Shown here: piece by piece, positions 33,507 through 41,057 of the stretch | How the letters are laid out: each line of letters opens with the position of its first letter | Numbering within the stretch: the stretch's first letter is position 1 | IMG/VR virus record: IMGVR_UViG_3300023076_000006 | Location: 1-41,057 of that record | Source: a virus | Taxonomy: Duplodnaviria; Caudoviricetes | Strand: one strand, 5' to 3' | Length of the DNA stretch: 41,057 nt | Made by a program: the position numbers and the translations under genes | Notes under the pieces: model-generated | The model's database searches: none | What the model saw: the letters and a program-made list of their open reading frames with translations, nothing else | What the model was told of the DNA's origin: nothing

Positions 33507-33688
33507 TCGTTATCCCGTATTTTATCCAGCAGTTCGGTAGTATCAAAATATGCCACTACCTGTTCCACGGTTAAGTGTGCCATCAGATCCTTCAGGCATA
33601 CATCTTCTATACTTACTGTTATACCTTTTGCAGCTTCACTTACGTAAACGCTCGACGCGGTAAGTTTTAGGTCAATGGTGTTTGCCAT
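33503..33688 (-). CDS. Hypothetical protein
   Basis: AT-rich leader, ATGA-coupled. Confidence 0.6.
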   Translation of the reverse strand: MANTIDLKLTASSVYVSEAAKGITVSIEDVCLKDLMAHLTVEQVVAYFDTTELLDKIRDNE

Positions 33689-33778
33689 GGTATTTTATTT
33701 AATCCCTCGCCGGGTCGGGCTCTGTGCGGGCTTCGTAGTCGGCAAGGGAGATGATTATATATAGTTCGTCCGTTCGCA

Positions 33779-34468
33779 TTAAGAGGCGGGTTGTACCTCA
33801 CGCAGGCGGGTGATCAGTTTATCAACTTCTTTCTGGTTCTTAGCATTGACAATGCCATTAGCCGCAATTGCTTTTTTATTGTTGTCAAGTGTAGATGATG
33901 ATATAAGCGCGTTTGCTAACTCCATGTCCTGCGCAGATGGCGACCATGTTGTTATTGTAGCGGCGGCATCTTCCGTAACCTGCGCCATTTCTTCAGGTAC
34001 ATAGATCGGACCGGCAAACACATCGGGGCAATACCACTTTACGCCATTGGATATGGCGCGCGCGAACAGCATATTTTTAGGAAATTTGTCGATGTTCTTT
34101 GTGCCCGCTTTCTTGGCATCTTCGATAGTGAAAGTGGAGTTGCCGATCTTTTTCCACTCTGTACCGTTCGATTGTAAAAAATCAATATTACAAACCTTAT
34201 CGGTGTGCTCTGCTACCACATAATCATACTTGCCAGATCCTTTTACACGGCTTGCGATAAGACCAGCGCCCATTACAGGCTTCCCCTGAATTACATGAAT
34301 ACCAGACATGGCGGCGAATGGGGGGAGCCCGATTTCCTGTCCGGCATAGATTTTTACAAGCGCCTGGTTTGCGTCTTTTGCGTCCACGAATAAACCTGAT
34401 TTTGCAAATGCCTCGCTAATTGTAGCGATCTCCGACATTGGGAGCTGATTGTGTTTTACGATTTCCAT
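33779..34468 (-). CDS. Single-strand annealing recombinase (RecT/Red-beta-like)
   Basis: KIYAGQEIGLPPFAAMSGIHVIQGKP, NMLFARAIS..WYCPDVFAG.YVPEE. Confidence 0.75.
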   Translation of the reverse strand: MEIVKHNQLPMSEIATISEAFAKSGLFVDAKDANQALVKIYAGQEIGLPPFAAMSGIHVIQGKPVMGAGLIASRVKGSGKYDYVVAEHTDKVCNIDFLQSNGTEWKKIGNSTFTIEDAKKAGTKNIDKFPKNMLFARAISNGVKWYCPDVFAGPIYVPEEMAQVTEDAAATITTWSPSAQDMELANALISSSTLDNNKKAIAANGIVNAKNQKEVDKLITRLREVQPAS

Positions 34469-34502
34469 TGTTGATGTTTTTAATTACCGTTAATTGTAAC
34501 GG

Positions 34503-34560
34503 TTTGCCAAAGTAAAATAAAGTTCTTTGGACTTCCAAATATTTTTTATACTTTCGGCAA
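34503..34560. promoter_or_regulatory. Overlapping divergent promoters (early switch region)
   Basis: + strand TTTG(34526)-N19-TACTTTCG; - strand TTTG(34539)-N20-TTACTTTG. Confidence 0.55.
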
Positions 34561-34571
34561 AATATTTTATT

Positions 34572-34757
34572 ATGGAAAGGTTATCTACGGTGCAATATGA
34601 AAAAAAGACTGGCATGAGCAAGCAGCTTATTCTTTATTATATAAAGAATGGTAAGCCGTTACCGGGGGTTGATAAGGTAGAGGTTATCGCTGGCAGGAAT
34701 ATCCTGCACACCAATATCCGTAAAATGCAACAGCACTTCAAAAATAAAGTTGCGTAA
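34572..34757 (+). CDS. Small HTH DNA-binding protein (Cro/Xis-like); start likely ATG 34572
   Basis: LSTVQYEKKTGMSKQLILYYIKNGK HTH-like pattern; first rightward gene. Confidence 0.65.
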   Translation: MERLSTVQYEKKTGMSKQLILYYIKNGKPLPGVDKVEVIAGRNILHTNIRKMQQHFKNKVA

Positions 34758-34761
34758 ATTG

Positions 34762-34792
34762 TTTGCCGTTTGGCAAAGACGGTGTATATTTG
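34762..34792 (+). promoter_or_regulatory. Consensus Bacteroidota promoter with overlapping palindrome
   Basis: TTTG-N19-TATATTTG, a perfect match; tttgcc-gttt-ggcaaa covers the -33 box. Confidence 0.75.
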
Positions 34793-34832
34793 CCTTGTCA
34801 ATCGCAATTAACTAATTAAAAAACTATCAATT

Positions 34833-35051
34833 ATGGTACAAGATTTCAAGAAATTCACACCGGGTTTGGCTTCAAATACTGGAGTAGAAGGTTTGGCTAA
34901 AGAAATATACGAATTAAGGCAAGCCGTCCGAATATTGTGGGATTCTTACAATGCGGGTATAACACTAAGTTCTTTTAATTACCATGAAATTGAAATTTTG
35001 GTGAAACAATTTCCGCAAGGCTTGTGGCCCGCCCTGATAGTTCAGGGATAG
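34833..35051 (+). CDS. Hypothetical protein
   Basis: First gene after the consensus promoter. Confidence 0.6.
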   Translation: MVQDFKKFTPGLASNTGVEGLAKEIYELRQAVRILWDSYNAGITLSSFNYHEIEILVKQFPQGLWPALIVQG

Positions 35052-35105
35052 GACTTCAGCCCGCTACCGTAAATGGAGCGGGTTTTGGAGGCAAAACTTA
35101 ACCCC

Positions 35106-35339
35106 ATGCCGCCGATCGACGAAATAAAACAGTTGCTAAAACAAAACACCCACCCGTCTTTATTCGCAGGTACAGTGCGGGACCATGCCGAGGATGACAT
35201 ATCCGGTATTATACAGATGATCCGAGAGCAGGTAGAGCTTGGTAACAGGGCTACAGTGGTCAGCATCGTTGGCGAAAGAGTGGTGGTATTAATAGGGCAA
35301 ATCAATCAAGAGGGCAATTCGTGTCCGGACGAGCCGTAG
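35106..35339 (+). CDS. Hypothetical protein; start likely ATG 35106
   Basis: ORF in the early operon. Confidence 0.5.
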   Translation: MPPIDEIKQLLKQNTHPSLFAGTVRDHAEDDISGIIQMIREQVELGNRATVVSIVGERVVVLIGQINQEGNSCPDEP

Positions 35340-35394
35340 GTGGCGGTATTGACCCCGGGGCTTCTTTTAAAAAAGCAAATAAAATCAACTAATC

Positions 35395-35640
35395 ATGAAG
35401 CCATCTGATAAGATAAAACAAAAAATACTGACTGACTTAGGCATTGAGATAGAAAACGTGTCTCGTACATACGCTGGCAGGAATATGAAAAGTTCAGGTG
35501 CTTGGGTATGGGAGGCAAAAGTTAAGGGGTCTTTAATGGAAATCGGATCTCCGCACCCCATTACTTTATTACTTAAGTCTAAGAAAATAAAAACTGTTCG
35601 CGGGTGGACATTCGCTCAAATAGAAATCGAAATAGATTAA
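35395..35640 (+). CDS. Hypothetical protein
   Basis: RTYAGR..KS.GAWVW motif; AT-rich leader. Confidence 0.65.
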   Translation: MKPSDKIKQKILTDLGIEIENVSRTYAGRNMKSSGAWVWEAKVKGSLMEIGSPHPITLLLKSKKIKTVRGWTFAQIEIEID

Positions 35641-35651
35641 AATCAATAACC

Positions 35652-36206
35652 ATGAGTAAAGTATTAACTGAAAAAGATTTGGTCGTAGGCAAGAAGTATG
35701 TGCCAGTAAGTAAGAGTGGGGGATCTACTTCCTTTTCCGAATGGAAGATATTTGTTATGTATACCGATGGTGAGCCGATTGTATTTACCCAAAAGTATCT
35801 GGACGGTGGGTATAGATTTAATTATGAACGTACTCGTAAATTCGGCATTTTCCTTCCATCAGATGTGGTAGAATATGTGGAGCCGGATGAAGAATCGGTA
35901 ACCGATATGACCGTACAGGAGTTTTATAGCGGTTTCAATCTGTCATTTTTGACGGAAGAAGAAAGGCAAACCATTTATACCGCTACTGAATTATTTGCTA
36001 AGGGAAAGGTTCGTGTTGCCCTCACCAGCGCCCCGCCATCAGTAAGCGGGAAGGAGGAAGTATTGAAAGGACTGAAAACTGAAATTGGCGCAAGTCGGTT
36101 GATGTTGCCGCCCAATGATGATTATAAAAAAGGATGGAACGATGCCTTAAACAAAGCCTTATCACTAATAAAAAATTATCAAGATGGCAAAGGCTTATTC
36201 CAGTAA
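35652..36206 (+). CDS. Hypothetical protein; start likely ATG 35652
   Basis: GKKYVPVSKS and YKKGWNDAL modules typical of phage mosaic early genes. Confidence 0.65.
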   Translation: MSKVLTEKDLVVGKKYVPVSKSGGSTSFSEWKIFVMYTDGEPIVFTQKYLDGGYRFNYERTRKFGIFLPSDVVEYVEPDEESVTDMTVQEFYSGFNLSFLTEEERQTIYTATELFAKGKVRVALTSAPPSVSGKEEVLKGLKTEIGASRLMLPPNDDYKKGWNDALNKALSLIKNYQDGKGLFQ

Positions 36207-36450
36207 TCCCTCAATTCAATGCAGTGTATGCGGCCAGTGGAAACGTTTAACCCGCATGACAGGAGAAGAAATAGGTATGCAGACTTTCTATCCTGTTTGT
36301 GACGATGATACAGAACACAAATATAGATACAGCATGGCAAATATTTTTAGATACAAACCAGATAATCTTTCGAAAGTTGACTATGAAGTAAAGATTAAAG
36401 GAGAAGACGTTGACATAAGCGAACTGCCAGGATTTAACGATTACTGCTGA
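36184..36450 (+). CDS. Hypothetical protein with CxxC
   Basis: CSVCGQW. Confidence 0.55.
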   Translation: MAKAYSSNPSIQCSVCGQWKRLTRMTGEEIGMQTFYPVCDDDTEHKYRYSMANIFRYKPDNLSKVDYEVKIKGEDVDISELPGFNDYC

Positions 36451-36488
36451 ATACCAATTATTCCTTAACAGTAAATAAGTAAACAATC

Positions 36489-37025
36489 ATGGAAAATAAA
36501 ATAGAAGACTACCTGCATTTGTATTTACCAATAGCAGTGGAGTTGAATAATGGTGGTAGTAAGGTTTATAATCGTGTAGCTGTTGCGGTTGGCAATACAG
36601 ATGATGAGTTCCGATATGTAACTCTTAGGCTGGGTAAAGGGAAAAAGTCTTTTACGCATTCTATTTTACTAGCGGAGCCTGACAGAATTAAGCCCATCCT
36701 TCGCCCTCTTATCGATATGACGGAAGAAGAAATGAAAGACGTTCTTATTATGCACTTTCATGAAAGTGGCAGGGACGTGGCGGCGCAATCTATCGTTTCC
36801 GTTAAAAAGAAACATGAAGTTAAAATGGCTTCAAAATACGGAACGGGAATACCGTATATAGTGTATAACGAAAGTAACATACCACATTCAGATGACGTAC
36901 TATCATTTTCAGAATTAAATGCTGACCAATTTATCTATCTCCTTTCTCGCGGCTTCGATCTTTTCGGACTTATTGAAGCGGGTTTAGCCATTGACAAAAC
37001 AACTCTTCCAACCACAGTAAAATAA
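36489..37025 (+). CDS. Conserved Bacteroidota-phage hypothetical protein
   Basis: YLHLYL, IKPILRPL, LLSRGFDLFGLIEAGLAID. Confidence 0.75.
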   Translation: MENKIEDYLHLYLPIAVELNNGGSKVYNRVAVAVGNTDDEFRYVTLRLGKGKKSFTHSILLAEPDRIKPILRPLIDMTEEEMKDVLIMHFHESGRDVAAQSIVSVKKKHEVKMASKYGTGIPYIVYNESNIPHSDDVLSFSELNADQFIYLLSRGFDLFGLIEAGLAIDKTTLPTTVK

Positions 37026-37030
37026 ACGTT

Positions 37031-37708
37031 ATGAATAAAGAAACAAAGTCAGGCGTTCAACTTATTGCCGAAGAAAGAAATACCCATGTATCGCGCGGTT
37101 ACAACAACTCGCATGACGATACCCATACGACTGGCGAACTGGCTGATATGGCAGCAATATATGCGTGCACTCATCGGGAAGATGAAGTGAGGGATTTGAC
37201 TTTGCGACAGTTTATATGGGGAACTCATCCTAGCCATATTTATGAGCATGCAAATAGGTCTGAATTGGACTGGCTAACCGAACAACCAGATAGAGTTACT
37301 GAACTTGTTAAGGCTGGAGCATTAATAGCGGCCGAGGTTGATCGTTTGAATAAATATACAGAAAGCGCATCTACCATTCAGGCGGAGGATGTGTTATATA
37401 AATTCACCCAGATAGAAACATCTAACGGTGGCGACGCATTCCGTTCCGACGATGTTTTAGCCGCCATGCAGTCCTACTGCCAGCCACTGGAGCAGGAGGT
37501 AGAGAAGTTAAAACAACAAGCTGTAGAGGGACTAAACCTGTATAACAATCAGACAGCAACAATCGTCCGTCTTCAGCAGGAAGTGGAGAGGCTGAAGGGG
37601 TTGATAGAAGATGATCTCAAAAGGCAGGTGCGCCTCAACATGCCGGGTACTTCAGAACACGAACAAGAAAAGGCTTGGCAAGCGTATAAACGGCAACACA
37701 ATCTTTAA
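37031..37708 (+). CDS. Phage hypothetical protein (helical, possibly MazG-like) with coiled-coil tail
   Basis: IAEER..HDD.H..GELA, LVKAGALIAAEVDRL motifs of a widespread phage family. Confidence 0.65.
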   Translation: MNKETKSGVQLIAEERNTHVSRGYNNSHDDTHTTGELADMAAIYACTHREDEVRDLTLRQFIWGTHPSHIYEHANRSELDWLTEQPDRVTELVKAGALIAAEVDRLNKYTESASTIQAEDVLYKFTQIETSNGGDAFRSDDVLAAMQSYCQPLEQEVEKLKQQAVEGLNLYNNQTATIVRLQQEVERLKGLIEDDLKRQVRLNMPGTSEHEQEKAWQAYKRQHNL

Positions 37709-37710
37709 CG

Positions 37711-37782
37711 ATGAAGATTGTACCGGTTTTTCAAAAAGAAGCTAATCGATTCGTGGTTCAACACCATCGGCATCACATCTAA
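37711..37782 (+). pseudogene. Truncated remnant of an XF1762-like gene
   Basis: MKIVPVFQKEANRFVVQHHRHHI* resembles the N-terminus (P...EANxFV..HHRHH) of that family, then stops. Confidence 0.55.
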
Positions 37783-37816
37783 CCCAATAATATTTAACCA
37801 GATAAACCTATAAGCA

Positions 37817-38245
37817 ATGACGATTTACTTGGATTTTGATGGAACAGTAGTTGAGCATCAATACCCGAAAATGGGCAGGATAAATTATGGCTGTATGGAA
37901 GTGATAAAGAAACTTCAAGACGCTGGGCATGAAATTATCCTAAACACATATCGGGCAGATTTAAACGACGGTACTTTGGAGGAGGCGGTTCGGTTTCTCA
38001 ATGAGGAATGTTGGATGTTTTTTAAAAATCGAGATTCTGAAAATAGTTTACAACCGCTAACCGGCGTACTTACTAAAAAGGTACACGCTCCAATGTGGGA
38101 CTTAAAGCGGGCTATTATAGAGGGTGTTCTTTTCATAGATGATCAATCGAAAGGAACACCATTAAAGCCAAATGTTATGAGTTCGGGCAACATGGTTGAT
38201 TGGGACGCACTAGACAATCTATTTAAATTAAACAATCTCTATTAA
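37817..38245 (+). CDS. HAD-superfamily hydrolase (BT0820-like)
   Basis: IYLDFDGT (motif I), ILNTYR, FIDD. Confidence 0.8.
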   Translation: MTIYLDFDGTVVEHQYPKMGRINYGCMEVIKKLQDAGHEIILNTYRADLNDGTLEEAVRFLNEECWMFFKNRDSENSLQPLTGVLTKKVHAPMWDLKRAIIEGVLFIDDQSKGTPLKPNVMSSGNMVDWDALDNLFKLNNLY

Positions 38246-38255
38246 CCCCTGACCA

Positions 38256-38825
38256 ATGAAGCAAGAAGTATATATCAAAGTGCCGGTAAGTGAGAAGCCG
38301 GAGGTATGGAAAGATATAGAAGGATTTGAAGGATTGTATCAGGTCAGCAATACCGGGAAAGTGAAAAGTATTGCTGGTTATAACAAGAAATTCAAGAAAG
38401 ATATTATTTTGAAGCCATTGCTACTAAAAGGGTATCACCAATACTCTCTTTCAAAAAATGGGGTGCAGAAATGTTTTCTTGCCCATAGACTAATAGCAAA
38501 TGCATTTATTCCAAATCCACACAATAAACCATTTGTAAATCACTTAGACAAAGTTAGGGGCAATAATCATGTAGATAATCTTGAATGGTGTACACAAATG
38601 GAGAATAATAAACATTGTGTCATAAATATGTCTACGAGCCTAAACAAAAAGGCTCCAACTCTTGAAACCGTTAGGGCGATCTACCAAGATGGTCGGACTT
38701 TGACGGAGATAGGAAAGGATTGGGGAGTAACTCCAAGCCACATTTCCCTTATAAAAAATAAGAAGATATGGGCAGAGGAAACCGCTGGTCTAACTCTAGG
38801 GGTAGCTGCTAAAAAGAAAAAATAA
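38256..38825 (+). CDS. NUMOD4-HNH homing endonuclease
   Basis: EVWKDIEGFEGLYQVSNTGKVKS; HRLIA.AFIPN..VNH.D....NN...NLEWCT..EN. Confidence 0.9.
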   Translation: MKQEVYIKVPVSEKPEVWKDIEGFEGLYQVSNTGKVKSIAGYNKKFKKDIILKPLLLKGYHQYSLSKNGVQKCFLAHRLIANAFIPNPHNKPFVNHLDKVRGNNHVDNLEWCTQMENNKHCVINMSTSLNKKAPTLETVRAIYQDGRTLTEIGKDWGVTPSHISLIKNKKIWAEETAGLTLGVAAKKKK

Positions 38826-38846
38826 CATCACCCAAACTAATCAACC

Positions 38847-39191
38847 ATGACACTACCAACAGAAGTACAGGCAAAGATTGAGGCATATTGTAATGAGAAC
38901 GGTAAGATTGCAGAAGTAAACGGTTATCCCGTTTTCGCACATTTTCAATTATTTGATGCCGCTAAATTCGGCTACGCACTAGCGAATGAATGGGTGAGTG
39001 TGGAGGAACGGTTGCCGGAAGAGGTAGAGGTTATCGTGTATTTTAAAAATGTGATTGGGTGGCATGTTACTTCTGCCGTGTATAAAAAAAAAATAGGATT
39101 TATAGATAATGATAGTTGCGAAGAGATGAAAGTATTCCATCCGTATTCCGTTACCCATTGGATGCCCTTACCACAGCCACCAAGTAAATAA
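38847..39191 (+). CDS. DUF551-domain protein
   Basis: WVSVEERLP ... VTHWMPLPQPP. Confidence 0.85.
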   Translation: MTLPTEVQAKIEAYCNENGKIAEVNGYPVFAHFQLFDAAKFGYALANEWVSVEERLPEEVEVIVYFKNVIGWHVTSAVYKKKIGFIDNDSCEEMKVFHPYSVTHWMPLPQPPSK

Positions 39192-39197
39192 AGAGAT

Positions 39198-39494
39198 ATG
39201 AGTGTAAGAATATTAGTGTTAAAGAAAAACGATTCAGTATTTGATTGTCCAAAATGCGGGGGCAATGAAAACTTTACAATCCATAGCGAACAGGTCTGCG
39301 AAGATGGATGCGAGGTTTGGGCAGTATGTAAATGCGGTTATGACCCCACTGCATGGGATGAAGCTGGTTCAGGCCATCGAATTGAGAGTGTTATGGGCGG
39401 TCTCTCTAATGAGGACTGTCTTGATGCATTAACATTCTCATGGAATCCGGCTGTACTAGAAGTTGCGGCAAAACCTAAAACCCCTCAACCATGA
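39198..39494 (+). CDS. Zn-ribbon hypothetical protein
   Basis: CPKCG ... CKCG ... WN. Confidence 0.6.
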   Translation: MSVRILVLKKNDSVFDCPKCGGNENFTIHSEQVCEDGCEVWAVCKCGYDPTAWDEAGSGHRIESVMGGLSNEDCLDALTFSWNPAVLEVAAKPKTPQP

Positions 39495-39841
39495 TACCAA
39501 TAAACTTGCCTAGCGGGAATTACCTGCTGATACCTGTCCGGGAAGGGGCAAACCAGTTTGAAATGAACGGCAACTACTTAATGACCTTTTATCAAAACGG
39601 TGGTAGTGCAACGTTCATCGGCAAATCCTACGAAATAGTAGGGAAAGGACTGGTGAGTGAATGCAGTGAGAAAGATGCTAAGCGTGTTGTAGATACTGAC
39701 GGATGGAAGGATGAAGGATTTGTTGACTATGGCAACTGCTGGTCACAAACTCATTCACTCACCGCCCTCGAATCCCTCCACTCCCTCATCCAATCACACA
39801 ACCAGCAGCCAGACAGGTGCGTGCTGGTTAAACAATTATAG
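39491..39841 (+). CDS. Hypothetical protein
   Basis: ATGA-coupled; TALESLHSLI motif. Confidence 0.65.
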   Translation: MIPINLPSGNYLLIPVREGANQFEMNGNYLMTFYQNGGSATFIGKSYEIVGKGLVSECSEKDAKRVVDTDGWKDEGFVDYGNCWSQTHSLTALESLHSLIQSHNQQPDRCVLVKQL

Positions 39842-39866
39842 AATTTAACTACAAAAATTAAGACAA

Positions 39867-40085
39867 ATGTCATTAGAATCGGCTAAAAACAAAAACTCAA
39901 GTAAATCAGTGCCTGCATTTTCATATTATATTAAGGATGTAATACCCCAATGCGATAGAATAGCAGGTGAGGGTTATGATGCATTATCTGATCTAAGTAA
40001 AAAGTGTATAGATAACGCCATAAAAAGATATATCGAATGGCTAAGTAAAATCCATCATGGTATTATCGAAAATCCTCAACCGTGA
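39867..40085 (+). CDS. Hypothetical protein
   Basis: AT-rich leader, 72 aa. Confidence 0.55.
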   Translation: MSLESAKNKNSSKSVPAFSYYIKDVIPQCDRIAGEGYDALSDLSKKCIDNAIKRYIEWLSKIHHGIIENPQP

Positions 40086-40128
40086 CACCCCTTTAACCCC
40101 TAACCAACAAAAGTAAACTGCAAACACC

Positions 40129-40362
40129 ATGAATAAAATTACAGGTAATGAACCAGCGATGCCGATGACCGCAGAAGCAACTCAAAGTATACATACAGGA
40201 TTTGGATATAGCGGCCTCACCATCCGACAAGAGTTTGCATCAAGAGCTATGCAGGGGTTATGCGCTAACTCTATTCCGGGCGAACAACACATGCCTGCTA
40301 ACCTCGCAAAGGAAGCAGTTGAATATGCCGACGCCCTTATAATCGCCCTTAACGGGGAGTAA
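40129..40362 (+). CDS. Conserved small phage protein
   Basis: PAMP..GLTIRQEFA..AMQGL..A..YADALI..L family motif. Confidence 0.75.
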   Translation: MNKITGNEPAMPMTAEATQSIHTGFGYSGLTIRQEFASRAMQGLCANSIPGEQHMPANLAKEAVEYADALIIALNGE

Positions 40363-40374
40363 AAACTAAACCAC

Positions 40375-40725
40375 ATGATACAGGCACAAGAACTAAGAAT
40401 TGGGAATTGGGTTTCGTTCAAAGGGCTTTGGAGTGGCCAAATAGCATCTGTTAGCAAGTCTGGGCTAATAACCATTATAGGAAACGATGGTTGTTTTGAT
40501 GACGAAGAACTTCAGCCAATAGAAATAACAGAGCATTTGTTAAGGCATATTGGCGCGACTGAATTTGTTGACAGCGATTTGCTTTTAAACCATAGAGTGC
40601 TTTGCTTCGCGGAATGTAGAGGCGTTTTTTATGACAAAACAACGCTGGTAGACATCCCATCGCTCCATAAACTCCAAAACCTATACTTCGCCCTCACCGG
40701 TAAGGAATTAGAGGTGAAGTTTTAG
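40375..40725 (+). CDS. Conserved Bacteroidota-phage hypothetical protein
   Basis: ELRIGNWV ... LHKLQNLYFALTGKEL. Confidence 0.75.
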   Translation: MIQAQELRIGNWVSFKGLWSGQIASVSKSGLITIIGNDGCFDDEELQPIEITEHLLRHIGATEFVDSDLLLNHRVLCFAECRGVFYDKTTLVDIPSLHKLQNLYFALTGKELEVKF

Positions 40726-40794
40726 TAACTACGGTTACCCGTAAAATAAAAACCAGTGTTAGTTTATACATTGCAGTCCTAAAACATTTAAACT

Positions 40795-41057
40795 ATGGTA
40801 TTAAAAACAACATTCCCGAACGGGAAGCACGTAACAGAAGGTTACACTGAATTAGGCGCTGACTTTTCAATAGTAACCAAAGAAACCGCCGAGCCTTCAG
40901 AATGGGAAAGGGCGGTATTCGTTGAGTTTGGGGACAGCCATTTATCAGCGGATTGCTATGCTATTATCTTTTATAAGGGTGGTAAGTATAGTACCCCGCT
41001 ATACAAAGGACAAAGAAATGAACTTATAAGCGACACTGGATTTTTGTTTAAAGACCT
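40795..41057 (+). CDS. 91-aa hypothetical protein spanning the circular junction (continues at 132-144)
   Basis: ATG 40795 is open to the window end and finishes CTT ACG GAT CGT TAA at 130-144: MVLKTTFPNG...FLFKDLTDR. Confidence 0.75.
   Translation, partial: MVLKTTFPNGKHVTEGYTELGADFSIVTKETAEPSEWERAVFVEFGDSHLSADCYAIIFYKGGKYSTPLYKGQRNELISDTGFLFKD
40932..41057. repeat. Terminal direct repeat, right copy
   Basis: Identical to 6-131. Confidence 0.97.

Noticed and set aside
33699-33779. 26-codon ORF MRTDELYIII... after the recombinase
   Set aside because: Coupled start, but it coincides with a hairpin and there is no other coding evidence.
35020-35100. Hairpin cluster superficially resembling a twister ribozyme 3' half
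   Set aside because: Could not assign P1/P2, the UAA cleavage loop or the pseudoknots; probably terminator/processing hairpins.
1-41057. Stop-codon reassignment or alternative genetic code
   Set aside because: All core genes are full length under code 11 with dense packing; no suppressor tRNA seen.

Overview
The window is very probably a complete ~40.9 kb circular(ly permuted) genome of a tailed dsDNA phage (siphovirus-type, HK97-fold capsid). An exact 126-bp direct repeat (6-131 = 40932-41057) closes the circle, and an ORF runs through the junction. TTTG-N19/20-TAnnTTTG promoters, AT-rich non-SD leaders, Gln(+1) signal peptides and a BT4734/VapE primase-helicase point to a Bacteroidota host (inference). 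The left ~34.5 kb is mostly transcribed leftward: recombination/replication, ori, terS, glycosyltransferase-like cluster, terL, an inserted cassette, head, tail and lysis. The right ~6.5 kb holds small rightward early genes. I saw no integrase, CI-type repressor, DNA polymerase, reverse transcriptase or CRISPR array. The most unusual items are: (1) tandem, covarying kissing-loop/pseudoknot RNA switches (UGGC loops vs CGCCA targets beside start codons) between portal and terL, with a third related element before the replication genes; (2) three tandem tRNA-like RNAs with remodelled anticodon/D arms; (3) a tail spike and its neighbour carrying Sec signal peptides; (4) a ~65-aa domain reused in three virion proteins; (5) a GT-A/GT9/Stealth-like gene trio between the terminase genes. 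All protein calls rest on motif recognition and synteny, not on database searches.
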